Part shown: positions 36,623 to 46,876 of the stretch, one piece after another | Layout: every line of letters starts with the position of its first letter | How positions within the stretch are numbered: the stretch's first letter is position 1 | Origin: a bacterium | Lineage (GTDB): Archaea > Nanobdellota > Nanobdellia > Pacearchaeales > GW2011-AR1 | Direction of reading: 5' to 3' | Length of the DNA stretch: 64,000 nucleotides | Assembly (NCBI GenBank): GCA_036787775.1 | Contig: DAIQOR010000001.1 | Location: forward strand, 107,839-171,838 | The notes under the pieces: model-generated | Told to the model about the DNA's origin: nothing | Database searches by the model: none | What the model saw: only the letters and a program-made list of their open reading frames with translations | Translations under genes and position numbers: made by a program

Positions 36623-38221
36623 TTATTTTTTAATAAATTCTTTTAACAACTTCAAAACTTCTTCCCTCTGATTTGGCAAGAATGAAATAGAGCCAGCGTT
36701 TTTGTGTCCGCCACCCTCGACAAAAGCATTAGGCAATTTAGAAATTAACATTTTTATTAAATCATGAACCGAAAAATCTGCTTCGTCGGTCGCACGCATA
36801 GTTATTGCCGTCGGCATTATTCCTATCGAAATTAAATTTGTAATTCCATGTTTTTGTAAATCGTCATGCACAAGTCCAACAGCTCTTCCAGTCTTCGGGA
36901 AAAAACCGAAGCCAGGAAAAACATCGTTAATGTAAAGCATCTGCAAAGTTGTCTTCCCAATTTTTTCTTTAATCGCATTCAACTTCCCAATCTCCAAACC
37001 TTTCTCATCCAAATCTTTAATGTAAGGCGCCATCAAATCAACCAAAGCCTTCTGCTTATCTCTCGGCTCTCCAAAAAGCACCTCAATATATTCACGTGCT
37101 TCCATAAATCTCAATTTCGTAGAAGTGTAATCAATAACCAACATTATATTGTGAAGTAAATTTTGAGAGTAACCTTCCTCTTCCGCGACCTTCAAATATT
37201 TTCCCATAATAACCTTATCTCCCAGGTCAATTCTATCTGCATAACCAGCGAGGGCAGGAATCTGTTTAATATTTTGAACATCAATATTCACAAATCGCGC
37301 AAGTTCTGCACAAAGCATTCCCGCAGAAAAGTGCGAACCATTTTCAGCAACCAAAAAAGGATTTATATGAACAAGCACTTCATCAGAAATAACATCCTCG
37401 TCGAATTGATGATGGTCCACAACTATAAAATCTGCACCATGAATTTTACCTTGTTTTATCGCCATCAAATCCTGCGGGCTCGAACCATTATCTGCAATAA
37501 TTATCAAAGGCATTTTATTCGAAAACTTCGCAACATTCCTCAAAGAATTTGCAGTGTCCCTGATAGAATCATCAAGTTCGTAAAACGGAGCCTGACAAGG
37601 TGCTCTAGTGAAAAATTCCCAAGCCGCTTTTTCCGACCCGTGCTGGTTTTTTATTAACGGCAAAATTGCTTTTTCCAAAGCGTAACCAGAACAATATCCG
37701 TCGGTATCATTATGATGTCTAACAATAATCGGCCTTCCACGAATAACAGCCAATCGAATTTGAATTGCCGCGTCCACGAATCTTTTTTCCAACTTTTCCA
37801 AAATTTTTCCTTTAACTAAAAAACCGGGAGATTCAATATGTGCTCTATCTAATTCAATTTTTTTCAAACTCTCCAAAAATTTATATTTTTCATCTGGACT
37901 CAATTTAGAAATTTTTACAATGTCTCCCTCGAGCTCTCCCTGAAACTCGCCCATGTTCACAATCGCTTTAATACAATCGCCTTCCTCAACTTCTGGAAAC
38001 GCCCTCGCCCCTGGAGAAATAAATCCTTTCAAAGAAAGTGAAGCAGTCCCGTCGCTGACAACAAAAACAGTCGGCCCTCCAGTCTGAACAATTCGCGAAA
38101 CTTCAACAGTCAATTGAACTTTCTTAGAATTCGAGTCAACATCTTTTATCAATTTAATCTTAATGGGTGTATCATCTTGTTTAAAATTTTTCTTAATCGG
38201 TTTATTAAATTTCTTATTCAT
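36623..38221 (-). CDS. recJ: RecJ/Cdc45-like DHH phosphoesterase (GAN-type) with an N-terminal OB fold
   Basis: DHH motifs: VRHHNDTDGYCSG, IIADNGSS, VVDHHQ, and GGGH near the C-terminus. Confidence 0.8.
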   Translation of the reverse strand: MNKKFNKPIKKNFKQDDTPIKIKLIKDVDSNSKKVQLTVEVSRIVQTGGPTVFVVSDGTASLSLKGFISPGARAFPEVEEGDCIKAIVNMGEFQGELEGDIVKISKLSPDEKYKFLESLKKIELDRAHIESPGFLVKGKILEKLEKRFVDAAIQIRLAVIRGRPIIVRHHNDTDGYCSGYALEKAILPLIKNQHGSEKAAWEFFTRAPCQAPFYELDDSIRDTANSLRNVAKFSNKMPLIIIADNGSSPQDLMAIKQGKIHGADFIVVDHHQFDEDVISDEVLVHINPFLVAENGSHFSAGMLCAELARFVNIDVQNIKQIPALAGYADRIDLGDKVIMGKYLKVAEEEGYSQNLLHNIMLVIDYTSTKLRFMEAREYIEVLFGEPRDKQKALVDLMAPYIKDLDEKGLEIGKLNAIKEKIGKTTLQMLYINDVFPGFGFFPKTGRAVGLVHDDLQKHGITNLISIGIMPTAITMRATDEADFSVHDLIKMLISKLPNAFVEGGGHKNAGSISFLPNQREEVLKLLKEFIKK

Positions 38222-38255
38222 CTTAGAATTAATTTACTTTGCGTTAAAAACGTTT

Positions 38256-39539
38256 CTATTTAACCCATTTCTCCAAAGCTTCTCGAAGTTCCCTGTGACT
38301 CTTCGCATAATTTTTCAAAGAAATCTTATTCATCGTCGCATCAACGGCCTGCCTCATCGCCTTTGCTCCAGCAATTGTTCCTTGAGGATGCCCATGAATT
38401 CCTCCACCAGCTTGTATCACAACATCTTTACCCATAAACTGCATAATCTTATCGACGATTCCAGGATGCACTCCTCCTGATGCCACACCAAAAACAGGCT
38501 TAACTCCAAACCATTTCTGAGATAAATGTTCTTTTGTTTGTTTAGTAAACTCACTTTCAATTTCTTGTTCAATATGCAAAACCTCATCCTTCCCTCCAGT
38601 CATTTTTCCGTAAGCAGTTCCAATATGCAATGTGTCAATGCCAACCATCCTCGCTAATTGTGCAATAACTTCCATTGACATTCCGTGTTCAGGATTTCTA
38701 TCGAACATTGCATGCCCAGCTCGATGCGCGTGAATCGGAAGCTTCGTGTGATTCCTTGCGGTCTGTAAACCAGCCCAACCCAAAGTAATAATATCCAACA
38801 TAATATAATTCCCGCCGTTCTGCTCGACAAATTTAATCCGCCTCAACATTTCCTCCGTCTCCGCCGTACAATTAACCAAATAAACTTTTTTCTCACCAGT
38901 TTCTTCTTCCGCCTTTTTCAAAGCTTTAATTGTCAACAAAAATCTTTTCTTAAATTTATTAAAAGTTTGCGAAGTCAAATTCTCGTCGTCCTTAACAACA
39001 TCACATCCACCAATCCAAGAATCATAAGCAACCTTCGCGTGCTCTTTTTCATCCAATCCAACTTTCGGTTTAACAATTGTTCCAACCAACGGCCTATCAA
39101 AAACTTTCAAATATTTTCTAATTCCTTTAATTCCAAATTGCGGACCTTTGAACGATTTCAACATTTTCTTAGGAATTTTAATATCTTCCCAAAGCAAACC
39201 TTTCGCAGATTTCATTCCATAAATATTTCCTCCAATCGAAGACATTACTTCCGGAAGATTTCCCAATTCAAAAAGTTCAAGAGGATAAGCGATTCGACAC
39301 CTTTTATTTTTAGCGTCGAGATAATAAACTTTCGGAGCCAACAATTTTCCAATTCGAGGTTTCATCGTCTTAATATCTGTCCAAGTGCCGACGGAACTCT
39401 CGCCCGCAACCATGCTCACAACATCTCTAAAACTATAACCCTTCGCCGGCGTAACCTTGAACTGACAAACCACATCAGTCTTTTTAGGACGATACTTCAT
39501 GTCAATAAAACTCTTGTAACCAGTAACTGTTTTCACCAT
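38256..39539 (-). CDS. rbcL: Ribulose-1,5-bisphosphate carboxylase large subunit, form III-like
   Basis: GTIVKPKVGLDEKEHA..GGCDVVKDDENL, HAHRAGHA and GGIHGHP are the catalytic Lys/Asp/Glu and loop 6 region motifs. No small subunit gene is present. Confidence 0.85.
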   Translation of the reverse strand: MVKTVTGYKSFIDMKYRPKKTDVVCQFKVTPAKGYSFRDVVSMVAGESSVGTWTDIKTMKPRIGKLLAPKVYYLDAKNKRCRIAYPLELFELGNLPEVMSSIGGNIYGMKSAKGLLWEDIKIPKKMLKSFKGPQFGIKGIRKYLKVFDRPLVGTIVKPKVGLDEKEHAKVAYDSWIGGCDVVKDDENLTSQTFNKFKKRFLLTIKALKKAEEETGEKKVYLVNCTAETEEMLRRIKFVEQNGGNYIMLDIITLGWAGLQTARNHTKLPIHAHRAGHAMFDRNPEHGMSMEVIAQLARMVGIDTLHIGTAYGKMTGGKDEVLHIEQEIESEFTKQTKEHLSQKWFGVKPVFGVASGGVHPGIVDKIMQFMGKDVVIQAGGGIHGHPQGTIAGAKAMRQAVDATMNKISLKNYAKSHRELREALEKWVK

Positions 39540-39575
39540 CTTCTTTTAATTAACAATCTCTTTATCTTTTTAAAA

Positions 39576-40889
39576 TTATCCCAACTTCACCTTACTACCC
39601 TCGTCAGTATCATCAACCAAATAACCTTCCTTTTTCAAAACTTCTCTCAAAGCGTCCGACTCTTTCCAATCTTTTTTAGCTCTCGCAACTTCCCTCAACT
39701 TTACAATTTCCAAAATGTCGTCGGGAACACCAATTTCTTCCTTTTCTAAAAGTTTCAAACCTAAAACCTCATCCATCTTTTTTATCGTCGAATATTTTCC
39801 CTTCGCATTTTTATCACGAACCAATTTCCACAAAACCTGCAAAGCCTTCGGTGTATTCAAATCATCATTCATCGCATCCTCAAACGCTTTCAAATAAATC
39901 TTATTAGCAACTTTATCTTCCTCCAACTCAGAAATAATATTCTTCAATCTCTGATAAGCAACTTTCGCATTCTCCAAAGTCTTCCTAGAAAAATCAACCG
40001 GCTTCCTATAATGATTCGAGATAACAAAATATCTAATTATCTCTCCAGAATATTCTTTCAATAAATCTTTTATCGTCTTAAAATTTCCAAGACTTTTAGA
40101 CATTTTAATTTTATCGACGTTAACCATTCCATTATGCACCCAATAATTTGCAAACTTTGTCCCATATCCTGCTTCGCTTTGTGCAATCTCATCTTCATGA
40201 TGAGGAAAAATTAAATCTTGCCCGCCACCATGAATATCAAACGGCATTCCTAAAATTGAATTCGACATCGCCGAACATTCGATATGCCAACCGGGTCGAC
40301 CTTTTTCCCAAGGCGAATTCCACGACGGCTCGCCCTCTTTCGAAAATTTCCAAAGCACAAAATCATGATTACTTTTCCCAGCAATTCTTTTTCCCATCTG
40401 AAGATTCTCAATTTTCTGTCCACTCAATTTTCCGTATTTTTTAAATTTAGAAATATCAAAATAAACCCCGTCGTCGCCAACATAAGCGTAACCTTTTGAG
40501 TCAAGCAATTTTATCAACTCAATCATTTGTTTAACATATTCCGTCGCTTTCGGTTGAAAATCTGGCTTCATAACCCCCAAAGCAGAATAATCCTGCAGGT
40601 GCTCCAGAAGATTTTTCCTCGTCAATTCTTTTATATCAATTCCCAACTCATTCGCTTTGTTAATTATTTTATCGTCGATATCCGTAATATTTGAAACAAA
40701 TTTAACTTTGTAATTCGAATAAATTAAATATCTTCTAAGCACATCAAAAGTAATTTGAGAACGAGCATGACCCAAATGAGGAACACCATTCACCGTCGGA
40801 CCACAAACATAAATTCCAACTTCACCTTTTTTTATGGACTTAAAAGTTTCTCTCTTTCGCGTCAAAGTATTATACAATTTCAAAACCAT
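39576..40889 (-). CDS. cysS: Cysteine--tRNA ligase
   Basis: HLGHARS (HIGH) and KMSKSLGN (KMSKS), with Zn-binding Cys residues (CGPTV; HIEC). Confidence 0.9.
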   Translation of the reverse strand: MVLKLYNTLTRKRETFKSIKKGEVGIYVCGPTVNGVPHLGHARSQITFDVLRRYLIYSNYKVKFVSNITDIDDKIINKANELGIDIKELTRKNLLEHLQDYSALGVMKPDFQPKATEYVKQMIELIKLLDSKGYAYVGDDGVYFDISKFKKYGKLSGQKIENLQMGKRIAGKSNHDFVLWKFSKEGEPSWNSPWEKGRPGWHIECSAMSNSILGMPFDIHGGGQDLIFPHHEDEIAQSEAGYGTKFANYWVHNGMVNVDKIKMSKSLGNFKTIKDLLKEYSGEIIRYFVISNHYRKPVDFSRKTLENAKVAYQRLKNIISELEEDKVANKIYLKAFEDAMNDDLNTPKALQVLWKLVRDKNAKGKYSTIKKMDEVLGLKLLEKEEIGVPDDILEIVKLREVARAKKDWKESDALREVLKKEGYLVDDTDEGSKVKLG

Positions 40890-40927
40890 GTTTTAATTAA
40901 GAAAAATTATTATTTAAATTTAAGCAA

Positions 40928-41545
40928 TTAACAAATAGTTGAAGTAACTGCCCCAAGTGAACTGAAACTAACGTCCATGTAATGTGATTCACCTTGGCTA
41001 CTTCCCTCGGTGTCTGTTACAAGAAGTTCAATTTCTAAATCAAAAGCATCTGTTCCTTCAGGAATTTTAATTGAAAAAATATTAATTGGATCATCATTTC
41101 CTGCAGCAACTCGAACACCCTCTCTTCCACTAACAGAAATCCATCTTTCAATATCATCCTCTCTAATATCTCCCTCTAAAACCTTTGTGCTAACAACCTT
41201 AAAATCATATGTTTTAGAAGTATCACTAACTGCAATACAACCTAACTTTTTTGTTCCACCATCAATAGCAATAACAACTTCTTGGTCGCCTTCACCAACA
41301 CACTCAACTCCAGATTCTCCAACTTGGAACAAACCTTTAATTTCATTAGACATTCCTGCAGTAATATCGTCTGTCATTTGAATTCCAGAACACATTATAT
41401 TTCGTGTAAAAATCATTCCCATAATTAAAACTGTCATAAGAAGAACAATAGTAACAATTGTTCCCATGCTCATCTCCATTGCTGCTTTACGACTTTTAAT
41501 AAAGTCGTAATGAAAAATCTTTGATTTTACTTTTTTGTTTTTCAT
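40928..41545 (-). CDS. Membrane-anchored extracellular protein, possibly another class III signal-peptide (pilin-like) protein
   Basis: The basic N-terminus ..KSRKAAMEMSMGTIVTIVLLMTVLIMGMIF resembles archaellin/pilin leaders (charged, small residue, hydrophobic helix). Confidence 0.55.
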   Translation of the reverse strand: MKNKKVKSKIFHYDFIKSRKAAMEMSMGTIVTIVLLMTVLIMGMIFTRNIMCSGIQMTDDITAGMSNEIKGLFQVGESGVECVGEGDQEVVIAIDGGTKKLGCIAVSDTSKTYDFKVVSTKVLEGDIREDDIERWISVSGREGVRVAAGNDDPINIFSIKIPEGTDAFDLEIELLVTDTEGSSQGESHYMDVSFSSLGAVTSTIC

Positions 41546-41546
41546 T

Positions 41547-41807
41547 TTAAGAAAGTGCAGGTAGGTTTGTCAACCCTTTAGTAAAAGCGTAATAAGTTAT
41601 GATGAGGGTCACAATTAAAACAATCACACTTAACACAATTCCCCAAATATTTAACTTTCGAGCTTTACCATCTTTTATTTTTTTACTTTGATAAAATCCA
41701 ACAATTCCTATAATCAAAGCTGCCAACGGCTGAAAGAAAGATAAAACTATACTAACAATTCCTAAAGTGTAAGGAGTGCTATCGTGAGTATTTTTTGCGT
41801 CAACCAT
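41547..41807 (-). CDS. Small two-helix membrane protein
   Basis: 86 aa with two hydrophobic helices flanking a basic loop. Confidence 0.6.
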   Translation of the reverse strand: MVDAKNTHDSTPYTLGIVSIVLSFFQPLAALIIGIVGFYQSKKIKDGKARKLNIWGIVLSVIVLIVTLIITYYAFTKGLTNLPALS

Positions 41808-41856
41808 CTTTTATATTTAATTTAGGAAATTTGATTTTATAAATGTTTTTAAAAAA

Positions 41857-41928
41857 TGGGGCTCCCGGGAGTCGAACCCGGCACACCATGATCTTCAGTC
41901 ATGTGCTCTCCCGCTGAGCTAGAGCCCC
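41857..41928 (-). tRNA. tRNA-Phe (GAA)
   Basis: The reverse complement folds as a cloverleaf: acceptor GGGGCUC/GAGCCCC, D arm GCUC/GAGC, anticodon arm CAUGA-CUGAAGA-UCAUG, T arm CCGGG-UUCGACU-CCCGG. No CCA is encoded. Confidence 0.9.
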
Positions 41929-42006
41929 ATACAAAAATTAGTAAGAAGTTGTTTTTAAAGTTTTAGAAAAGAAAAAAAGTAAGTTTTGAAATGAAGGTTG
42001 TAAAAT

Positions 42007-42040
42007 TGTAAGTCGGGTTTATAGGCCCGAGCAATTCTGA
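42007..42040 (-). repeat. Diverged second copy of the RNase P RNA 3' end
   Basis: Minus strand reads CAGAAUUGCUCGGGCCUAUAAACCCGACUUACA. The genuine 3' end reads ACAGAAGGUGGCCUAUUCCCGACUUACA (42158..42186). Confidence 0.7.
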
Positions 42041-42157
42041 AATTTCGAATAAATGAGTGAGAAAATTTAACAAGCGAATTTAAAGAGCATTTCACGGATT
42101 GGGAGCACCGGAGCCCCATATGCAGTTGTAAACTGCATTATGATTCTTAAAAAATAA

Positions 42158-42494
42158 TGTAAGTCGGGAATAGGCCACCTTCTGTCATTCCTTGTTTCTC
42201 CATATTGCTTTATCAGCGAAGACAAACGGAATGTGTTAACATTCAACTAAGCGACTTAAAGCCTTGCACCAGTCAGGGTGTTCGTTTCATCAAATCTTCG
42301 GCGTCGACGTTCAACGCAAGTTTCATTACTCAACCGAAGCTGTGCCGTTTCTGTGACAGAGCCATGCCTCACGACATCAATGTTTTCACAAAGTGACTTT
42401 TCGCAGTGGGCGGACCTTCCTCAAGAATCAATTTTGATATTCCAAAATTCGCCAATCCAATGACCGACTCCCGAAGTTAACTACCCGACTTACA
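42158..42494 (-). ncRNA. rnpB: RNase P RNA (archaeal type)
   Basis: P1 is formed by 5' UGUAAGUCGGG (42494..42484) and 3' CCCGACUUACA (42168..42158). CR-I is GAGGAAGGUCCGCCC and CR-V is ACAGAAGGUGGCCUA. P4 can pair as AGGUC/GGCCU. Confidence 0.8.
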
Positions 42495-42530
42495 ATAATT
42501 GACAGAAACAAGGGTTTTTAAATTTTTACC

Positions 42531-42935
42531 TCAAGCAATTTCAGGATACTTTTCTCTCAAAACCGGAAGAATATCCTTGATACAATTTTGATAATCAATC
42601 GCACCGCCTTCTTGATAAAGAGAATTACAATAACCAAATTCTTCCGATTCCAAAATCAATTTTCCTGGCTTCAGCTCACCGACTTCAAAAGGAATCCCCT
42701 TCAAATTTTCAAAAGCACCCGCAAAACAATCAGCATCCTTAAACTCCGAAACAATCTCTCCCGTCCCCATTTTAAGATTAACAATTGTCTTACAATCCAA
42801 AACATCCTCTAAATAATCATAAGTGTTAATGTTCGCCTTTTTGATGTTAGAATTCTGATTCATTTTGTAAACTCCCAAAGATAAAACTAACAAAATAAAA
42901 ACCCCCAACAAAAGATATTTTATTTTTTTATTCAT
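42531..42935 (-). CDS. Secreted hypothetical protein
   Basis: 134 aa with signal peptide MNKKIKYLLLGVFILLVLSLGVY. Confidence 0.6.
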   Translation of the reverse strand: MNKKIKYLLLGVFILLVLSLGVYKMNQNSNIKKANINTYDYLEDVLDCKTIVNLKMGTGEIVSEFKDADCFAGAFENLKGIPFEVGELKPGKLILESEEFGYCNSLYQEGGAIDYQNCIKDILPVLREKYPEIA

Positions 42936-43198
42936 AGTAAAATCTATTTCCCCGAATTTAAAAATCTTTGCAGAAAGAAAAAATTTAGTTTATTTTATAA
43001 ATAATTATTTATTAAAGGGTTTATGAAGTATATTTTTTTAGGGGGAAAATAATTTGAAACGTCAAAAAATTCCAATCCAATTATCTGTTCGTTAAACCCA
43101 ATTCCCAATCATCCGTTCTTTCCTAATCTTAAAACCCCCTGACTCCTTTGAAATCAAAACATTTAAATATCTCAAAAAAGAGATAATACTATCTCAAA

Positions 43199-43810
43199 AT
43201 GGAAACACTAAATAAAAACGAATTGAAAGTGCTGGATTTGTTCAGAAAAAATATCTTCTTGAAATCAAGTATAAGGGAAATTACGGGCAAAATAAAGAGT
43301 AAATCCTATCAAAGAGTTTATGAAGCGATTGAAAGTTTGGAAAAAAGACAAATATTAAATTCTGAAAAAATGGGAAATACAAATTTGATTAGCTTGAAAA
43401 TGTCAAGAAATACTTTTCTAACCCTATCCTTCTTAGACGAACAGGAGACCGAAAATATTCCCAATGCACAAAAAATAATCGCATTAAAGGAGATTACAGA
43501 TTATTTAATTCTGGTAACTGGGAGTTATGCAAAAGGCAATGCTAATAAAAAATCAGATATGGATTTAGTAATTATTATCCCAGACAAAGAAGATGTTGTC
43601 CATATACAAAAGCTATCGGAAAATCTTACAACGTTATTTATTCCAGAAATTCATCTTTATGTCTTCAGGAAAAAAGATTTTATTGAAATGTTAAAGGATA
43701 AAAAAGAAACTTATGGCAAAGAAATATTCAGAAACCACATTCTCCTTAAAAATGCGCAAATATATTATGAGTTGATAAACGAGGCAATTGAGCATGGATT
43801 TAAAAGTTAA
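43199..43810 (+). CDS. Nucleotidyltransferase-domain antitoxin-like protein with an N-terminal wHTH
   Basis: LILVTGSYAKGNANKKSDMDLVIIIP is the NTase G-S...D-x-D motif. Confidence 0.75.
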   Translation: METLNKNELKVLDLFRKNIFLKSSIREITGKIKSKSYQRVYEAIESLEKRQILNSEKMGNTNLISLKMSRNTFLTLSFLDEQETENIPNAQKIIALKEITDYLILVTGSYAKGNANKKSDMDLVIIIPDKEDVVHIQKLSENLTTLFIPEIHLYVFRKKDFIEMLKDKKETYGKEIFRNHILLKNAQIYYELINEAIEHGFKS

Positions 43811-44270
43811 AGGTTATCTTGAACGAGCTGAGAATGAGCTAATTTTAGCAAGAGCTAATTTCGAATTGTCAATTAAAGAAGAAGCAAAACAAATGCTAAA
43901 GATTCCTTCTGGAAAAACTTTTTTTAATAATGTTATTTCAGAAGCATATTATTCAATATTTTATTCAGCAAAGGCCTACTTGTTTTCACAGGGGGTAAAA
44001 ACAGAAGCTCCAGAAGAACATAGAAGAACTTACGAAGAATTCAAAAAAATTGTAGAATCAAAAAAACTAGATAGGCAATTAAAAGAGATATATGAATTAG
44101 AATCTGAAAAAGCGGAGACCCTTCTAAACATCTTTTTTTCTGAAAAAAGAAACAGGGGAAGATTTACCTATAATCTTAATGCTAATGCAAATCTTCCTTT
44201 TGCAGAACAGTCAATTAAGAATGCAAAGATATTTGTGTCAACAATTAAAATGCTTTTGGAAAAACCATGA
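43788..44270 (+). CDS. HEPN-domain protein, partner of the preceding NTase
   Basis: Helical 160-aa ORF overlapping the NTase ORF by 23 nt. SEAYYSIFYSAKAYL is typical of HEPN (PF05168-like) proteins. Confidence 0.65.
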   Translation: MSMDLKVKGYLERAENELILARANFELSIKEEAKQMLKIPSGKTFFNNVISEAYYSIFYSAKAYLFSQGVKTEAPEEHRRTYEEFKKIVESKKLDRQLKEIYELESEKAETLLNIFFSEKRNRGRFTYNLNANANLPFAEQSIKNAKIFVSTIKMLLEKP

Positions 44271-46876
44271 ACCCCCACGCAAAATCAAAAGAGGAACTAT
44301 TCAAAGAACTGCAAACTTCTGAAAAAGGAATAACTCAAAAGCAAGCAGAAGAAAGATTAAAAAAATACGGCAAAAACGAAATCAAACAAACACACAGATT
44401 AAAACCTCTAAAAATTTTCCTCCAACAATTTAATTCTTTTTTAATTTACATTCTAATAATCGCCGCCGCAATTTCGTTTTTCATAAAACACAACTTAGAC
44501 GGAGGAGTCATCAGTGCGATAATAATTTTGAACGCAGGAATCGGATTCTTCCAACAATACAAAGCAGAAAGAGCAATAATTAATTTAAGAAAATTCCTAA
44601 TCCCCAAATCAAAAGTAATTCGTGAAGGCATGATGATTGAAATTTCTTCGTCAGAATTAGTTCCTGGAGACATTGTAGTTTTAAGCGTCGGTGATAAAAT
44701 CAACGCAGATTGCAGAATAATCGAAACGGAAAATCTTCAGACTAACGAAGCAATTCTCACCGGAGAAAGTTTACCCATCGAGAAAGATGTTAAAACTCTG
44801 TCAGAAAAAATTTCTCTCGCAGAAAGAAAAAACATGTTATTCATGGGAACCCAAGTTGTTCGAGGAAGCACGAAAGCTTTAGTTGTTTCAACCGGAATGC
44901 AAACAGAGTTCGGAAAAATCGCGGAAACACTTCAAGAACTGGACACGCAAAAAACACCGATGCAAAAAAGATTAGACGTATTCTCAAAGCAAGTCGGAAT
45001 TTTCATTTTAATTTTCGTAGCAATAGTTCTTTTGCTCGGCGTGCTCGAACATTTCGACGCATTTGAAATGTTCCTTACAGCAGTCGCATTAGCAGTCTCG
45101 GCAATTCCAGAAGGACTCCCAGCCGTGCTAACAATTTCCTTCGCAATTTCTTCTTTAGCAATGTCCAAAAAAAATGTAATTATTAGAAGGCTCCCAGCCG
45201 TAGAAAGTTTAGGAAGCGTAACAGTAATTTGCTCAGACAAAACAGGCACAATCACCGAGGAGAAAATGACAATAAAAGAGATATACGCAAACAATCAATT
45301 CTATGAAAGAAAAGGAAAAGAAATATTATTCAAAAACAAAAAAATAAATTTCAAGGAAGACAAAACTATTTTCAATTTAATAAAAACAAGCGTGCTTTGT
45401 AATAATGCCCGATTTGAAATGGTAAAAGACAAATATGAAATAATTGGAGACCCGACGGAACAAGCTTTGGTTTCTGCATCTTTAGATTTAGGGTTCAACA
45501 AAAAATTATTAATTGAACAAGAACCGAGCGTAAAAAAATTAGAGTTCGATTCCAAAAGAAAAATGATGTCTGTTTTGAGAACCAACGGAAGAAACAGCAC
45601 TTTATATACAAAAGGAGCAATCGAAAAAATTCTCCACGCCTCGAGCGAAGAGTTAGTTAATGGACTGGTTAAACCATTATCTGAAAAAAGAAAAACAGAA
45701 ATTTTAAATGACGCAAAGAAAATGGAAGACCAAGCCTTGAGAGTTTTAGCTTTCGCATATAAAACAATTTCAAATAAATCAAAACCCGAAGAAAAAGGTT
45801 TAACATTCTTAGGGTTTGTTGGAATGATTGACCCTCCAAGAAAAGAAGTAAAAGAGGCCATAAGACAATGTAAGGACGCGGGAATAAAAGTTAAAATGAT
45901 TACAGGCGATTCTCCTTTAACAGCGACGGCAATCGCAAAACAAATAGGAATTATTGGAAAAACAATTACTGAAAGCGAGTTAGAAAAAATGAGTGATGAA
46001 GAATTAAAAAATTCAATTGATTCTTTCGCAGTTTTCGCAAGAACAAGTCCAACTCAAAAACTAAGAATAACCCAAGTCTTACAATCTCTCGGAGAAGTTG
46101 TAGCGATAACTGGCGACGGAGTGAATGACGCGTTGGCTTTAAAATCGGCGGACATTGGTATCGCAATGGGAAAAAGAGGAACGGATGTTTCTCGAGATGT
46201 ATCGGATATTGTTTTAATCGATGACAACTTCGCCTCAATCGTCGAAGGAGTCAAACAAGGGCGAACAACTTACGACAACATAAAAAAATTCACAAAATAT
46301 CTTTTGGCAGTTAACTTTAGTGCAATCGCTTTGGTTCTAACAACCTTGGCAATGGGGTTACCTCTACCTCTTCTTCCACTCCAAATTTTATGGATGAATC
46401 TTGTCACCGATTCCTTTCCAGCACTAACTTTTATTTTTGAAAAAGAAGAATCAGTAATGAAATCAAAACCGAGAACAGAAAAAAGCATGCTCGGAGGAAT
46501 TTGGAAATTTATTATCGTCGCTGGAATTGTAGCTTTCATGGTAGAGATAATAATTTATTTTATAGGAATAAATAATTCATACGCAATTGAACGAACGCGA
46601 ACATTAGTTTTAACAGGGGCAATATTTTTCGAATTAATTTTCGTTTACGCTTGCCGTTCCGACAAACCGCTTTTAAAAATAGGAATCTTTTCAAACAAAT
46701 GGATGAACCTCGCAGTCATAAGCTCAATATTAATTCACTTGGTTTTAATCTACACTCCTTTAGGAATTGCCTTTGGAGTCGTGCCGTTAGGATTGAGCGA
46801 CTGGGCTTTAATTTTACCTTTCGCATTTTCAGGGCTAATAATTTTTGAAGGGGCAAAATATTTTAAAAGAAAATGA
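44267..46876 (+). CDS. Cation-transporting P-type ATPase (P2, Ca2+-ATPase-like)
   Basis: [11 protein letters not shown] (phosphorylation site), TGES, MITGDSP and [21 protein letters not shown], with about 10 TM helices. Confidence 0.9.
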   Translation: MNPHAKSKEELFKELQTSEKGITQKQAEERLKKYGKNEIKQTHRLKPLKIFLQQFNSFLIYILIIAAAISFFIKHNLDGGVISAIIILNAGIGFFQQYKAERAIINLRKFLIPKSKVIREGMMIEISSSELVPGDIVVLSVGDKINADCRIIETENLQTNEAILTGESLPIEKDVKTLSEKISLAERKNMLFMGTQVVRGSTKALVVSTGMQTEFGKIAETLQELDTQKTPMQKRLDVFSKQVGIFILIFVAIVLLLGVLEHFDAFEMFLTAVALAVSAIPEGLPAVLTISFAISSLAMSKKNVIIRRLPAVESLGSVTVICSDKTGTITEEKMTIKEIYANNQFYERKGKEILFKNKKINFKEDKTIFNLIKTSVLCNNARFEMVKDKYEIIGDPTEQALVSASLDLGFNKKLLIEQEPSVKKLEFDSKRKMMSVLRTNGRNSTLYTKGAIEKILHASSEELVNGLVKPLSEKRKTEILNDAKKMEDQALRVLAFAYKTISNKSKPEEKGLTFLGFVGMIDPPRKEVKEAIRQCKDAGIKVKMITGDSPLTATAIAKQIGIIGKTITESELEKMSDEELKNSIDSFAVFARTSPTQKLRITQVLQSLGEVVAITGDGVNDALALKSADIGIAMGKRGTDVSRDVSDIVLIDDNFASIVEGVKQGRTTYDNIKKFTKYLLAVNFSAIALVLTTLAMGLPLPLLPLQILWMNLVTDSFPALTFIFEKEESVMKSKPRTEKSMLGGIWKFIIVAGIVAFMVEIIIYFIGINNSYAIERTRTLVLTGAIFFELIFVYACRSDKPLLKIGIFSNKWMNLAVISSILIHLVLIYTPLGIAFGVVPLGLSDWALILPFAFSGLIIFEGAKYFKRK

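Noticed and set aside
42205-42463. Track ORFs 42205..42396(+) and 42278..42463(+).
   Set aside because: They fall inside the RNase P RNA gene on the opposite strand. The locally higher GC explains the open frames.
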